DNA of 64,000 nt from an uncultured Verrucomicrobiae bacterium (lineage in GTDB: Bacteria; Verrucomicrobiota; Verrucomicrobiia; Chthoniobacterales; UBA10450), in the NCBI GenBank assembly GCA_963815455.1, contig CAWFGO010000001.1, forward strand, positions 1,152,001 through 1,216,000, written 5' to 3'. Positions 21,255 to 30,264 of the stretch are shown piece by piece. The position numbers were made by a program, and so were the translations under genes. How positions within the stretch are numbered: the stretch's first letter is position 1; each line of letters opens with the position of its first letter. The notes beneath the pieces were generated by a model that was not told the DNA's origin, did not search any database, and worked only from the letters and a program-made list of their open reading frames with translations.

Positions 21255-22177
21255 TGATCTCCAACGCCGCTGCCTGTCCAATCACGGTTCGTTTTCGCGG
21301 CGTCCGCGGCTCGATCCCTTCGCCCGGAATCGAAACCGCGCGTTACGGCGGTAACACCTCGTGTGTCGAACTCCGGTGTGGCGACGATCTAGTCATCTTG
21401 GATGCCGGAAGCGGAATTCGAGGCCTGGGCAGCGATCTCCTTAATGAGTTCGGCTCGCAATCCATCGAGGCAAATCTGTTAATTTCTCACACCCATTGGG
21501 ACCACATCCAGGGGCTGCCCTTCTTCGCACCCGCTTATTCGCCCGCGAATCGGTTCCAAATTGTCGCCGCCCATGGCTACGGTTCGCGAGTGCAGCTGGC
21601 CCTAACGAACCAAATGAGCGCATTGAATTTCCCGGTCGCGTTCGACCAAATGCGGGGCCTTGCCGGCATCGAAGAGCTCGCCGCCGGCGCAACCCGGCTC
21701 GGAGCTTTCACCGTTCGAACAACCGAACTGAATCACCCGGGCGGCTGCGCCGGATTTCGCCTCGAGGCCGGCGGACTTTCCATAGCTTATCTGCCCGATC
21801 ACGAACCGTTCCATGGAAAGAACGATGGCGAGCTGCTCGATTTTATCCGCGATCTCGATCTCCTGATTCTCGATACCCAATACACGGAAGAGGAATACCG
21901 CCGGCGCGCGGGCTGGGGTCATGGCTGTCTGCCCGAGAGTGTCCGCCTCGCCCTTGCCGGCGACGTTCAAAGGCTATTGTTATTCCACCACGATCCAACG
22001 CACGACGATCAGCAAATCGACCAGATGGTTCGAACCGCGCGCGATTTGGCAAAGGGTTCTGCGTTGATTGTCGATGCTGCGGCGGAAAACCAACCAATAC
22101 GCTTGGCCCGGCCTCTCCCGGCCCCTGTAATGCCGCTCTCGGTCAGTGCGCCGCTTCGCACCTCGGTAGCGGTCTGA
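21254..22177 (+). CDS. MBL-fold metallohydrolase (possible phosphodiesterase)
   Basis: GVRGS, YGGNTSC, SHTHWDH, GHG, FHH; TAATG overlap with kinase gene. Confidence 0.9.
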   Translation: MISNAAACPITVRFRGVRGSIPSPGIETARYGGNTSCVELRCGDDLVILDAGSGIRGLGSDLLNEFGSQSIEANLLISHTHWDHIQGLPFFAPAYSPANRFQIVAAHGYGSRVQLALTNQMSALNFPVAFDQMRGLAGIEELAAGATRLGAFTVRTTELNHPGGCAGFRLEAGGLSIAYLPDHEPFHGKNDGELLDFIRDLDLLILDTQYTEEEYRRRAGWGHGCLPESVRLALAGDVQRLLLFHHDPTHDDQQIDQMVRTARDLAKGSALIVDAAAENQPIRLARPLPAPVMPLSVSAPLRTSVAV

Positions 22178-22243
22178 AAAACAGGTGTTCGCCCGCAACG
22201 GCTTGCAAATCCGCAATCCGCCATCGAAAATCCGCAATCACAT

Positions 22244-22317
22244 TACCCCGTGGTGTAACGGTAACACAGCGCCCTTTGGAGGCGTTATTCATGGTTCGAA
22301 TCCATGCGGGGTAGCCA
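22244..22317 (+). tRNA. tRNA-Gln (anticodon TTG), CCA encoded
   Basis: Acceptor TACCCCG/CGGGGTA, anticodon arm GCGCC-CTTTGGA-GGCGT, T arm CATGG-TTCGAAT-CCATG. Confidence 0.96.
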
Positions 22318-22440
22318 CGTAAACCTAGAAATTCGTCCCGCATGCCTCCCTGGGGTCTTCCCAGGGGCGCCAGCCCCTCCCGGGGTGGCCTAAAAAAAAT
22401 GCTTGACCCCCTGTCAATAATTTACGAAACCTAGCCGCCT

Positions 22441-23190
22441 ATGAATATCTCCTTGACCCATCGCTCTCTATTATCGGCTGCTTCTCGGCTCACTTGGTGC
22501 GCTGTTACAGCCATCGCGCTCGCAACCACGGCCGCTTTTGCCGGTCCCACGGATTACGACAAGAACGTCGTTCCACCTCTTCCGCCACCGTGCGATTGGC
22601 ACGGCTTCTATATCGGCTTGAACGTCGGCGTGGCGGGTCTCCAGACCGAGATCACCGACATAGATGATTGGTGGGATTATGGTACCTGGAGTCCTGAAGA
22701 CACCAACTTCGCTGGCGGTGGACAAGTCGGCTACAACTGGCAAAGAGGAGCGTTCGTCTTCGGATTTGAGGGTGACGGCGACTATCTGGCTACCGACCAC
22801 ACCCAGACGTATGAATCTACCCCATTGGATAGCCGCTGGAGAGCCATGGTTGATTTCCAGGGAAGCTTTCGCGCACGCGGCGGTATCTCGGTCGATAAGG
22901 CTCTGATCTATGCCACGGCGGGTCTGGCTGTCTCGCATGGAAGGTCCGCCTACCTAAGCGAGGAACCTGGCTACAATGCGTATCAGGACGAGTGGCAGGC
23001 CGGCTTTGTGGGCGGCGTGGGCGTCGAGTACATGCTCAATTGTCACTGGAGCGCACGGATGGAAGCTCTTTACTCCCACTATCCGACGACCGAGACCACG
23101 ATTAGCGGCGACGACTCTTATCACTTCGAGATCCAAAACGAAGTCTGGAGTGTGCGTGTCGGCGTCAACTATTTGTTTGGCGGTCCGTAG
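22441..23190 (+). CDS. Omp25/RopB-like 8-strand outer-membrane protein
   Basis: DWHGFYIG, GGQVGYNWQ, GGVGVEY, VRVGVNYLF. Confidence 0.88.
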   Translation: MNISLTHRSLLSAASRLTWCAVTAIALATTAAFAGPTDYDKNVVPPLPPPCDWHGFYIGLNVGVAGLQTEITDIDDWWDYGTWSPEDTNFAGGGQVGYNWQRGAFVFGFEGDGDYLATDHTQTYESTPLDSRWRAMVDFQGSFRARGGISVDKALIYATAGLAVSHGRSAYLSEEPGYNAYQDEWQAGFVGGVGVEYMLNCHWSARMEALYSHYPTTETTISGDDSYHFEIQNEVWSVRVGVNYLFGGP

Positions 23191-23214
23191 ACATCAGGCA
23201 AAAAGTTAACTTTG

Positions 23215-23247
23215 AGCAGCCGGGCCTTGTGCCCGGCTGCTTTTTTT
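23215..23247 (+). terminator. Intrinsic terminator
   Basis: AGCAGCCGGGC-CTTGT-GCCCGGCTGCT followed by T run. Confidence 0.9.
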
Positions 23248-23342
23248 AGCGCGCCGTCCGCGCGGTGGCGCGTTCTGAAACGAAGATCGACAAGCTTCGC
23301 AGCTCTGCGACAATCGCCAGACCGAACGCGCCAACGCACCAC

Positions 23343-23945
23343 ATGAAGCTGTCTGGAATTCCGCGCTTATCTAATGCGTCGCCATTCTGGCAATGGGCGC
23401 TGATGCTCTGCGTCCCGATCTTGTCCCTGCTCATCGTCGGCCGGCACATCTATCTCACCAACAAGCACGATCTGTCGACCTGGAAAGGGGGCGGCATGGG
23501 GATGTTTGCCGACGCCGATGGGCTACAAAACCGTTACGCGAAAGTATTCGTGGTTGCCCCTGATGGGAGACGTAACCCGCTCACTCAGTTTTCGACTGAA
23601 CAGATTGATCTGTTAGAACGAGCCCTTTTGTTTCCGGTCCGCGAAAATTTCCTTCGAGCCGCAAGATCGCTCGCGCAAGAGAACTGGACCGCTACCCGTC
23701 AGCGAATACCGGTGTCCATTTTCGACGTCAAAGGCGAGCCCGTCGGAACTGGCGCGGAGTCATTTTACATGATGGTGCCCTACGGACGACAGTCCGCCGA
23801 GGAAGAACGGAAATGGAGCATGCAAATGCAATTCTGGAAAATGGCCTACGACCCGTTGAAGAAACGCGCCCGCGTTGTCCTGGGTGAAACCTTCACCTTC
23901 GGGCCGGAAGAGCTTTGGCCCAAGGCAGTCCAAACAAAATCATGA
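23343..23945 (+). CDS. Membrane-anchored hypothetical protein
   Basis: One TM then WKGGGMGMF; ATGA overlap with next gene. Confidence 0.7.
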   Translation: MKLSGIPRLSNASPFWQWALMLCVPILSLLIVGRHIYLTNKHDLSTWKGGGMGMFADADGLQNRYAKVFVVAPDGRRNPLTQFSTEQIDLLERALLFPVRENFLRAARSLAQENWTATRQRIPVSIFDVKGEPVGTGAESFYMMVPYGRQSAEEERKWSMQMQFWKMAYDPLKKRARVVLGETFTFGPEELWPKAVQTKS

Positions 23946-24904
23946 CCAACGCGGCCGAAAACGACGCGCCCAGCGCCGAGGCAGAGTCTCGCGCTTTGTC
24001 GCCCCGGAGCGGACGTTTTCCCGGCGCGTCGCAATTCCACGCGCTGGTGGAATTCGTGCAAGGTCTCGATCCGCTCCAAGGCGTAAGTCTGCTTACGCTG
24101 GTGCTGGCGGTGATTTTTGGTTTCGAACACTGGCTCTTCCAAATCGTGGCGCGACTCTGCCTTCTGGTGTTTGTGCTGCAGCCTCGCTCCATTCGCAGAG
24201 GGGAATTCTGGCTGGCCCTTTCGCTCGCCGGAACCATCGTCATCGTTCTCGACTGGGAAGGTGCCGATAATCACAAGTATCTGCTGGCTTACTGGCTCTG
24301 GGTTCTGTTTATCGCCCATCTTTTTGCGCAGCCTGAGCGCCAGCAACGTACTGTTCGATTCAATGCGCGGTTCTTTCTCTGCTTTATCTTCCTTGCTGCG
24401 TCAGCGCAGAAGCTCTCTTCGCCCGCTTATCGCTCCGGCGAGATGTTTGAGCACTTGCTCTACGTCGATTCGCGTTTCACCGCATTTGGCAAGCTTATCG
24501 GTATTGACCCGTCCGTGCCGGACGCAGTCCAGAAGAGAATCGCTTTGTTCAGGAGCCCGCTTGCGCAGGTGGAGGATAATGAACTGGAGATTCCCGGCTC
24601 CGATCGCGCCCGCGTCGCCGGGCTGGCGCTTACGTGGTGGGACGTCTCCCTTCAATTGCTAATCGGTTCGCTGCTGCTCGTCCGGCGACCGGTGACGGAC
24701 AGATTCGCGCACATTCTCCTGCTGTTCTTCATACTCACAACCTATCTCCCGGCACCGGTGTTCGGCTTTGGCTGGATCCTGGGCATTATGGGGTTCGCTC
24801 TGGCCAAGGAGAAATTTCCCAAAATCGCGGCCGCTTATCTGATCTGCTTTGCGGTGATACTCATTTACCAGGTGCCCTGGCGGGATTGGGTTCTGGCGAT
24901 GTGA
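23942..24904 (+). CDS. Multi-TM protein, HTTM-like
   Basis: DNHKYL and QKLSSPAYRSG motifs, many TM helices. Confidence 0.6.
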   Translation: MTNAAENDAPSAEAESRALSPRSGRFPGASQFHALVEFVQGLDPLQGVSLLTLVLAVIFGFEHWLFQIVARLCLLVFVLQPRSIRRGEFWLALSLAGTIVIVLDWEGADNHKYLLAYWLWVLFIAHLFAQPERQQRTVRFNARFFLCFIFLAASAQKLSSPAYRSGEMFEHLLYVDSRFTAFGKLIGIDPSVPDAVQKRIALFRSPLAQVEDNELEIPGSDRARVAGLALTWWDVSLQLLIGSLLLVRRPVTDRFAHILLLFFILTTYLPAPVFGFGWILGIMGFALAKEKFPKIAAAYLICFAVILIYQVPWRDWVLAM

Positions 24905-24971
24905 ATGGGGAAGGCCTGGCTACTTATTTTCTTTTTGAAAGTTCAGCAATAAACGATCGGCCATACGGCCT

Positions 24972-26321
24972 TTAAATTATTCCGGCAAAAACTTCTTCTG
25001 TATTTGCCTTTCGCATTGGCTGCTTTCTCCAATACGTCAGGCTCCGCCATAACCATTCCACCGGTCCAAACCGGAAATAACGCAACCAGATATGGCTCCA
25101 GATGATTTGAAGAATCCATACCACCGCAACCACGTAGTACAATTGGTAAAACTGCAGTTTGCCGAAATAATCCAGCCCGATTCCGTAAAAGAAGAAACCG
25201 CAAAGCAGTGATTGCATCAGGTAGTTTGTAAAAGCCATCTGGCCCACGGGACGCATCAGAGCAAACAGCCCTTCAAACCAACCGGATTTATACGCCAGCA
25301 TGAGCAATCCGAATATTCCAACCGAATGAACGAAACGCTGCAGTTCATAAAAATCGAATACTTTGGCCTTGGTAATCTCAAACCAGTTGAAATCGTGACG
25401 CACATCGTTACCGACAAACAAATAGGATAATGATAAACCGGCGCCTAATCCGATAACTGTCATCCATATATATACATTCGTATTCACTTCGCCCTGCAAG
25501 ATGCGGAGTTTAAAGAATGCCATTCCCACAAACATAAAAAGCAGGATATCCCACGTAAGAAAACGAAACATGTCGGTTGTTTCCCCTTGCTGGGCCAAGC
25601 TGCTGTGGAACTCATAAATTTCGGCATAGCTTCCTCTTACGGCCTGCCGCTCTTGTTCGACTACTTTGATTTTCGACTCCCGTTTTGATCCCTCTTTATA
25701 TCCCTCCATATCGGCCAGCTGTTGTTTCTGCTTGTCCGTTAGCCGGATGTTGGCGCTATCAATTGCCGCTGCCACTTCTCCTTTTGCGATCATTGATTTT
25801 TGTAAATACAAATCCCTGTTCTCCCTCGCTGTCATCAATAAGAGGCATACGCCTGCTGCCATGAGCAAAGAACGGGGTTGCAGTCTGCGGAAGGCAAAGA
25901 GAACGATCCCGCAAATGGCATAGGAATAAAGAATGTCCCAAAACCAGAGCAATACATATGCATTGAATAGACCGAACACCAGCAGCCATAACTGCCTCCG
26001 TAAAAACAGTTCAGCTGGCATCAAGCCGGTAGTTCTTTTTTCAAGACGGGTAACAAACATGATGACTCCGGCGCCAAACAACATGGAAAAAATGGCCCGC
26101 AGGCTCCCTTCAAGAACGCCGCGGCCGAAGACATACCAGCAAAAATAATTCAGAGGGCTTTGAACATTTAATGAGTAATCAAAAATAGCATCATGGGGCA
26201 GTCCGAAAGCCGGAATATCCATCAGCAAAATTCCCAGGATGGCGAATCCCCGGATGCTGTCGATTAAGGCAATTCTTTCCTGCTGGCCAATGGGTGCGGC
26301 ACCGGCGTGAATCTCAGTCAT
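24972..26321 (-). CDS. DUF418/YeiB family membrane protein
   Basis: RIALIDSIRGFAILGIL, FSMLFGAG, GQMAFTNYLMQS, GPVEWLWRSLTY. Confidence 0.92.
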   Translation of the reverse strand: MTEIHAGAAPIGQQERIALIDSIRGFAILGILLMDIPAFGLPHDAIFDYSLNVQSPLNYFCWYVFGRGVLEGSLRAIFSMLFGAGVIMFVTRLEKRTTGLMPAELFLRRQLWLLVFGLFNAYVLLWFWDILYSYAICGIVLFAFRRLQPRSLLMAAGVCLLLMTARENRDLYLQKSMIAKGEVAAAIDSANIRLTDKQKQQLADMEGYKEGSKRESKIKVVEQERQAVRGSYAEIYEFHSSLAQQGETTDMFRFLTWDILLFMFVGMAFFKLRILQGEVNTNVYIWMTVIGLGAGLSLSYLFVGNDVRHDFNWFEITKAKVFDFYELQRFVHSVGIFGLLMLAYKSGWFEGLFALMRPVGQMAFTNYLMQSLLCGFFFYGIGLDYFGKLQFYQLYYVVAVVWILQIIWSHIWLRYFRFGPVEWLWRSLTYWRKQPMRKANTEEVFAGII

Positions 26322-26373
26322 GGGATTTGTCCAAATTGTCTAGAAGCGAAGCGATCTCATAAATATTCCCGCT

Positions 26374-26468
26374 GTAGCCGCCCCGTCCCCCACCGGACGG
26401 ACTCGCCGTGGCGAGCTCTGTCGGGGCGTCCCCGGCCTCGGAACACGGCGACAGAGCGCCGTGGCTAC
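26374..26468. repeat. GTAG REP doublet with nested 30-nt insertion
   Basis: Reverse complement aligns with 61706-61766 once 26386-26415 is removed. Confidence 0.75.
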
Positions 26469-26659
26469 AACGTAAGACGCCATTTATAAGATTGCTTGGC
26501 CGAGGAGAAATTTAAGGGGCCGGGAGGCGGCGATCCTGGCGGTGAAATGGTTCGCGGTCGCGTTGGCATTCACGGATTCTTCCTCAACACGGATATTAAG
26601 AGAATGACGCGCGTCGCGTGATCACGCTTGATCCGGCGTGGGGCGAAGCCGTTTACCGG

Positions 26660-27040
26660 CTACTTCTTCTCTTTTTGAACAATCTGCGACGGCTCGGTTA
26701 CCACGATCTCCGGCTTGCCTTCATGCATCTTGATCTCGCCCGAAACACTGATCACCGCGCCGTCGTACTTCTCCGCGTCCGCGAACTTTTCGGCATACTT
26801 TGAAGGAATAAAGGCGGTAAATTCTTCGTTCGGGTGTTTGCCGCCCATGTTCAGGAAAATGCTCCCGCCCGGGGCCCGATGCATGTCCTCAACTTTGCCA
26901 GTCACACTGGCTTTTTCTCCGGCGTGTTTTGCCGCTTCAGTCGGCGTGTAATCCGGTGTGTCCTCGCCGAACGCCGTCCCCATTAACGCGAACGTGAGAA
27001 GAGTAATCGCGCTTGTTCTGCCAAGTCGTTTGAGCATCAT
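26660..27040 (-). CDS. Small secreted OB-fold protein
   Basis: Signal peptide; VTGKV, IFLNMGGKHPN, VSGEIKMHEGKPEI. Confidence 0.75.
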   Translation of the reverse strand: MMLKRLGRTSAITLLTFALMGTAFGEDTPDYTPTEAAKHAGEKASVTGKVEDMHRAPGGSIFLNMGGKHPNEEFTAFIPSKYAEKFADAEKYDGAVISVSGEIKMHEGKPEIVVTEPSQIVQKEKK

Positions 27041-27081
27041 TCCGGGAATTTGCCAGAAATGGATTCGGTGTCGAGCGCGCT

Positions 27082-28398
27082 TTAGGGCGTAGCTGTCGGG
27101 CTCGGGCTCACACTCTCCAGCGGATAAGCAAACGTCGCCGACGGTGATGCCGATGGAATTGTCGATGTTGGCGACGGCGTCGGGGTGGGCGTCGGCGCAA
27201 TAATGTTTTCCCATCGATGCAGTGGCACGGTCGCGCCGCCGATTTCGTCCACCAGCTTTTGGCAGCGCGCCTGAATTTTCTCCAAATCGGGCGGACCAAA
27301 CGGATTGTCGGCAGTGCCCGGGAAAATCAAGTAGGTCGCTTTCAGATCGCTCACCGGACGGCTGTAAGCCGTCGCCGCCGGGTTGATTTCCTTGGCAATT
27401 CGCAGCGAGGCTTCGCCCATCTTATCGTTAGGGCCAATATCGCCGACCAGTGCCGGGTAAATCGCCTCCCCGAAAATAACCAGCGCGTAATCTCCCACCT
27501 TGGCCGCTTCGCGTCCCCGCGCGAACGTTCCCGGAATGACGATGAATGGATCAGTCGCGCCGATGAGAAAACTGAATTTTTTGAGCGTAAAAACCTCCGA
27601 CCGCAGTTGCCCGATCGCCGCCCGCAGCTCACGTTTCCGTTCGGGAGTTATCGACGCCAGCGCGGATTCATCTTCGTAGCGGTTCAACCGTTGCTCCGTC
27701 GGCGCCAGATAGGGATTCGGAACGGCCGTTTTCTTGGGCCAGCGATAGCTCGTGAACGGCTTGAAATTTGTCGGCGCGCCGGCGCCATCCGGCATTCGGT
27801 CGGAATCCGACCCGTCGGCATCGACATCCATGTCGGCCTGGAGCAGCAGGGCCTTGCGATGGCTTTCAGGATGGAGCAATTGCAGCACCGTCTGGCAGTC
27901 GTAAAAATTGTGGCGCGAGAGCAAGAGATCGAGCCGGGAGAGCCGGTCCCGCAAACCTTTCACCTTCGCCGCGTAAAGTTCTTCGAACAGCGGTGAAACC
28001 GAATCGGGCGAAACCATCGAAGCCAGGCCCGGCAACAGTGCTGGCAATTGCGGACTCACTTTGGCCAGCTCGTCGATTGTTTTGTTAGGCTGGGGAAAAT
28101 GCGCCTGCAATTTTAGATCGACAACGTAGCTGTCCGGGTCCAGCCGCTCCGTGGTCGCGTCGGCGCCGGGAGGTGTCTCGACCGTGGAATGAAGCGTGAG
28201 TCCGTTGAAAATCTTATTCGTGTCGAGCTTGCCGCTTATAAGAGGCGGACGGGTCGGGCTCGGTTCGGGCGTCGGAGTCGCGGTGACTTCCGGGGCCATA
28301 TGCAATAGTTGCTCCAGCGAGATCCAGCGGTAAACAATCGCGGCGAAAATCGCGATTGCCAAAAGCAGCACCAAACGCCTGACCCGAAGTCTTGCCAC
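27082..28398 (-). CDS. Glycoside hydrolase family 75 (chitosanase-like) protein
   Basis: MDVDADG, PFIVIP, VGDIGP..GEAS; N-terminal anchor and PT-rich tails. Confidence 0.8.
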   Translation of the reverse strand: MARLRVRRLVLLLAIAIFAAIVYRWISLEQLLHMAPEVTATPTPEPSPTRPPLISGKLDTNKIFNGLTLHSTVETPPGADATTERLDPDSYVVDLKLQAHFPQPNKTIDELAKVSPQLPALLPGLASMVSPDSVSPLFEELYAAKVKGLRDRLSRLDLLLSRHNFYDCQTVLQLLHPESHRKALLLQADMDVDADGSDSDRMPDGAGAPTNFKPFTSYRWPKKTAVPNPYLAPTEQRLNRYEDESALASITPERKRELRAAIGQLRSEVFTLKKFSFLIGATDPFIVIPGTFARGREAAKVGDYALVIFGEAIYPALVGDIGPNDKMGEASLRIAKEINPAATAYSRPVSDLKATYLIFPGTADNPFGPPDLEKIQARCQKLVDEIGGATVPLHRWENIIAPTPTPTPSPTSTIPSASPSATFAYPLESVSPSPTATP

Positions 28399-28407
28399 GC
28401 GCGCGGG

Positions 28408-28728
28408 TTACTTTTTCATCCAGGCAACGAGCGCCACGATAATGCCGATCGCGCTCAGGATCGACATCATCCCGGCAGGCATCGCTTTTCCGGTCCGGAC
28501 AAACTTAGGAATGAACTGCGCCGCGAGGAGCAACGAAACGATCAAAACCGTCAGGAGGCCAGCCTGGCGATGCTCCGGCAAGATGAACGCGCCGATCAAC
28601 AGCAAGATTCCCGTGATCGATCCGGCGATGATTGACGGCATGCTGCCGGCCTTCACGTAACCGATGATGCCGCCGGCGATTGTCAGAACGCCGAACACGA
28701 TGAAATAAATTTTGGCCGGAGGTAACAT
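28408..28728 (-). CDS. TMEM14 family membrane protein
   Basis: GGIIGYVKAGSMPSIIAG, KAMPAG. Confidence 0.88.
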   Translation of the reverse strand: MLPPAKIYFIVFGVLTIAGGIIGYVKAGSMPSIIAGSITGILLLIGAFILPEHRQAGLLTVLIVSLLLAAQFIPKFVRTGKAMPAGMMSILSAIGIIVALVAWMKK

Positions 28729-28783
28729 GCGTTTGCCAGAGCACTCGTAAGCCAGCAGCCGCGCCGTGTCCAGCTTCTTAGTC

Positions 28784-28853
28784 TGTCATCCAGAGTGAAG
28801 CGCCCATTTCCTTCTGTCATCCTGAGCGGAGCGCAGCGAAGTCAAAGGATCCC
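28784..28853 (+). repeat. GTCATCCTGAGC-type palindromic repeat
   Basis: TGTCATCCTGAGCGGAGCGCAGCGAAGTCAAAGGATCC; relatives at 8681, 34769, 35955, 52993. Confidence 0.8.
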
Positions 28854-28893
28854 GGTGCGCTGGGCAGCCTGGTGTAACGGGCTCCCCGCGACC

Positions 28894-29679
28894 TCATTTC
28901 GTTCCCAGATCTTCGATCTTTAACACCGGATGAATTTCCCAGGCGCTCAATCGCCACGGATTATGATAACCGTTTGGACTGAATCGTTCGACTTTCGTCC
29001 CGATATCGTAAGTGCCATTATGCTCGTCGTCCCACAGCAGGTAACCGGTCACCTTAATCTTGTGCGCTTTGCCCCCGGTGGTCGGCGTCGTTGTGTTATC
29101 CGGCAGTCTGAGGAACGCCGCCAGGTCTTGAATCCGAATGCCGCTGCGATAAATGCCGCGCTCGGTTCGAGGCGTGATTTCCGCGACGAGTGCTGTCGGG
29201 TCGCCGATCCGCGGCGGGTGATCGGACGGCTCGGCCCACAATTCCAAATGCCAGTCGCGAATCTTGTCGCTCTTGCAATTGGCCGTCTCCGGCGGCCACG
29301 ACGGATACGCCATGGCCAGCCAGCCGGTGACCGAAACGATTTCCTTTTCGAAATTCGCCAGTTGCTCCTTTTGCTCGGGCGTAAGATCGCGCCGGTGTTT
29401 TGCTCCGATCTTTCGATCGTAGTCGGCCACATGCGCCAGAAATCCGGCGATATCGAGCGCGGGAATGTTCCTGCCGGCAAGATCGACAGGCGCACGATTC
29501 TTCTGCGGGTTGCGCTCCTTGCCATCCGGCGTCTTGGCCGCGCCTTCCGGTTTATCAACGCAGTCCCAGTTGGTAAGATCGAGGTCTTTCAGTTCGAGAT
29601 CGCCCGGCCCCGGGACCGGCATCTGCCCGGACAGCGCCACGAGAGCGGAGGCCAGCAACAGAATGATCGCGCGCAACAT
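28894..29679 (-). CDS. Secreted conserved hypothetical protein
   Basis: Signal peptide; motifs KNR, DWH, EITPR, GYLLWDDEH, WEIHPV. Confidence 0.75.
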   Translation of the reverse strand: MLRAIILLLASALVALSGQMPVPGPGDLELKDLDLTNWDCVDKPEGAAKTPDGKERNPQKNRAPVDLAGRNIPALDIAGFLAHVADYDRKIGAKHRRDLTPEQKEQLANFEKEIVSVTGWLAMAYPSWPPETANCKSDKIRDWHLELWAEPSDHPPRIGDPTALVAEITPRTERGIYRSGIRIQDLAAFLRLPDNTTTPTTGGKAHKIKVTGYLLWDDEHNGTYDIGTKVERFSPNGYHNPWRLSAWEIHPVLKIEDLGTK

Positions 29680-29784
29680 CGACAACGGATTTCGCCGGAA
29701 TTGGTAATCCGTACGGTCCTGGGTGGCAAGCGCGGGCAAAATTCGCTTGCGCGCTTCTTCAAGCGGACAGAAAGTCGCCTCGCG

Positions 29785-30108
29785 ATGAGCACGAGCACGC
29801 CTTCACTGAACCGCGGCCGCGCTTTGGTCGCGACACTGGTTTCGGCTGCGTTTCTCTGGACTCTTCTCCTGAGCGTTTCGCCGCAACTGCATGCTCGGAT
29901 CCACTCCGATGCCAACAGCGTCGAGCATATCTGCGCGGTCACCCTTATCACCGCCGGCAACGTCGAGCACGCGGCCCATCCACCGCTCGTTAGCGCATCG
30001 AATCCAGTCGTCCAGTTTTCCAAAGTCGCGGCGTTGAATCCGCTCTGGGTCCCGTCGCCGTTCTTGAGCGCGAGCATCTTCGAGCACGCGCCACCGGCGC
30101 ATTCTTAA
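29785..30108 (+). CDS. DUF2946/CruR-like leader protein
   Basis: N-terminal TM, LHARIH, HIC, C-terminal EHAPP; directly upstream of a TBDR. Confidence 0.7.
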   Translation: MSTSTPSLNRGRALVATLVSAAFLWTLLLSVSPQLHARIHSDANSVEHICAVTLITAGNVEHAAHPPLVSASNPVVQFSKVAALNPLWVPSPFLSASIFEHAPPAHS

Positions 30109-30264
30109 ATTGTAGGGCGTTTGTGCTGGACGCGGCCTTAATTTAAGTCGCGTCCGCCGCGGTAAAGGCTCTGCAACAATCGCGCTGTGTTAATTGGCCG
30201 TGCGCATGTCGCTGGCCTAACAACTAAATCACATTTGTGAAAACAACATTTCGAAAACATTCCA

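Noticed and set aside
22318..26470. tRNA-integrated prophage or island
   Set aside because: No integrase and no duplicated tRNA 3' end seen in the window
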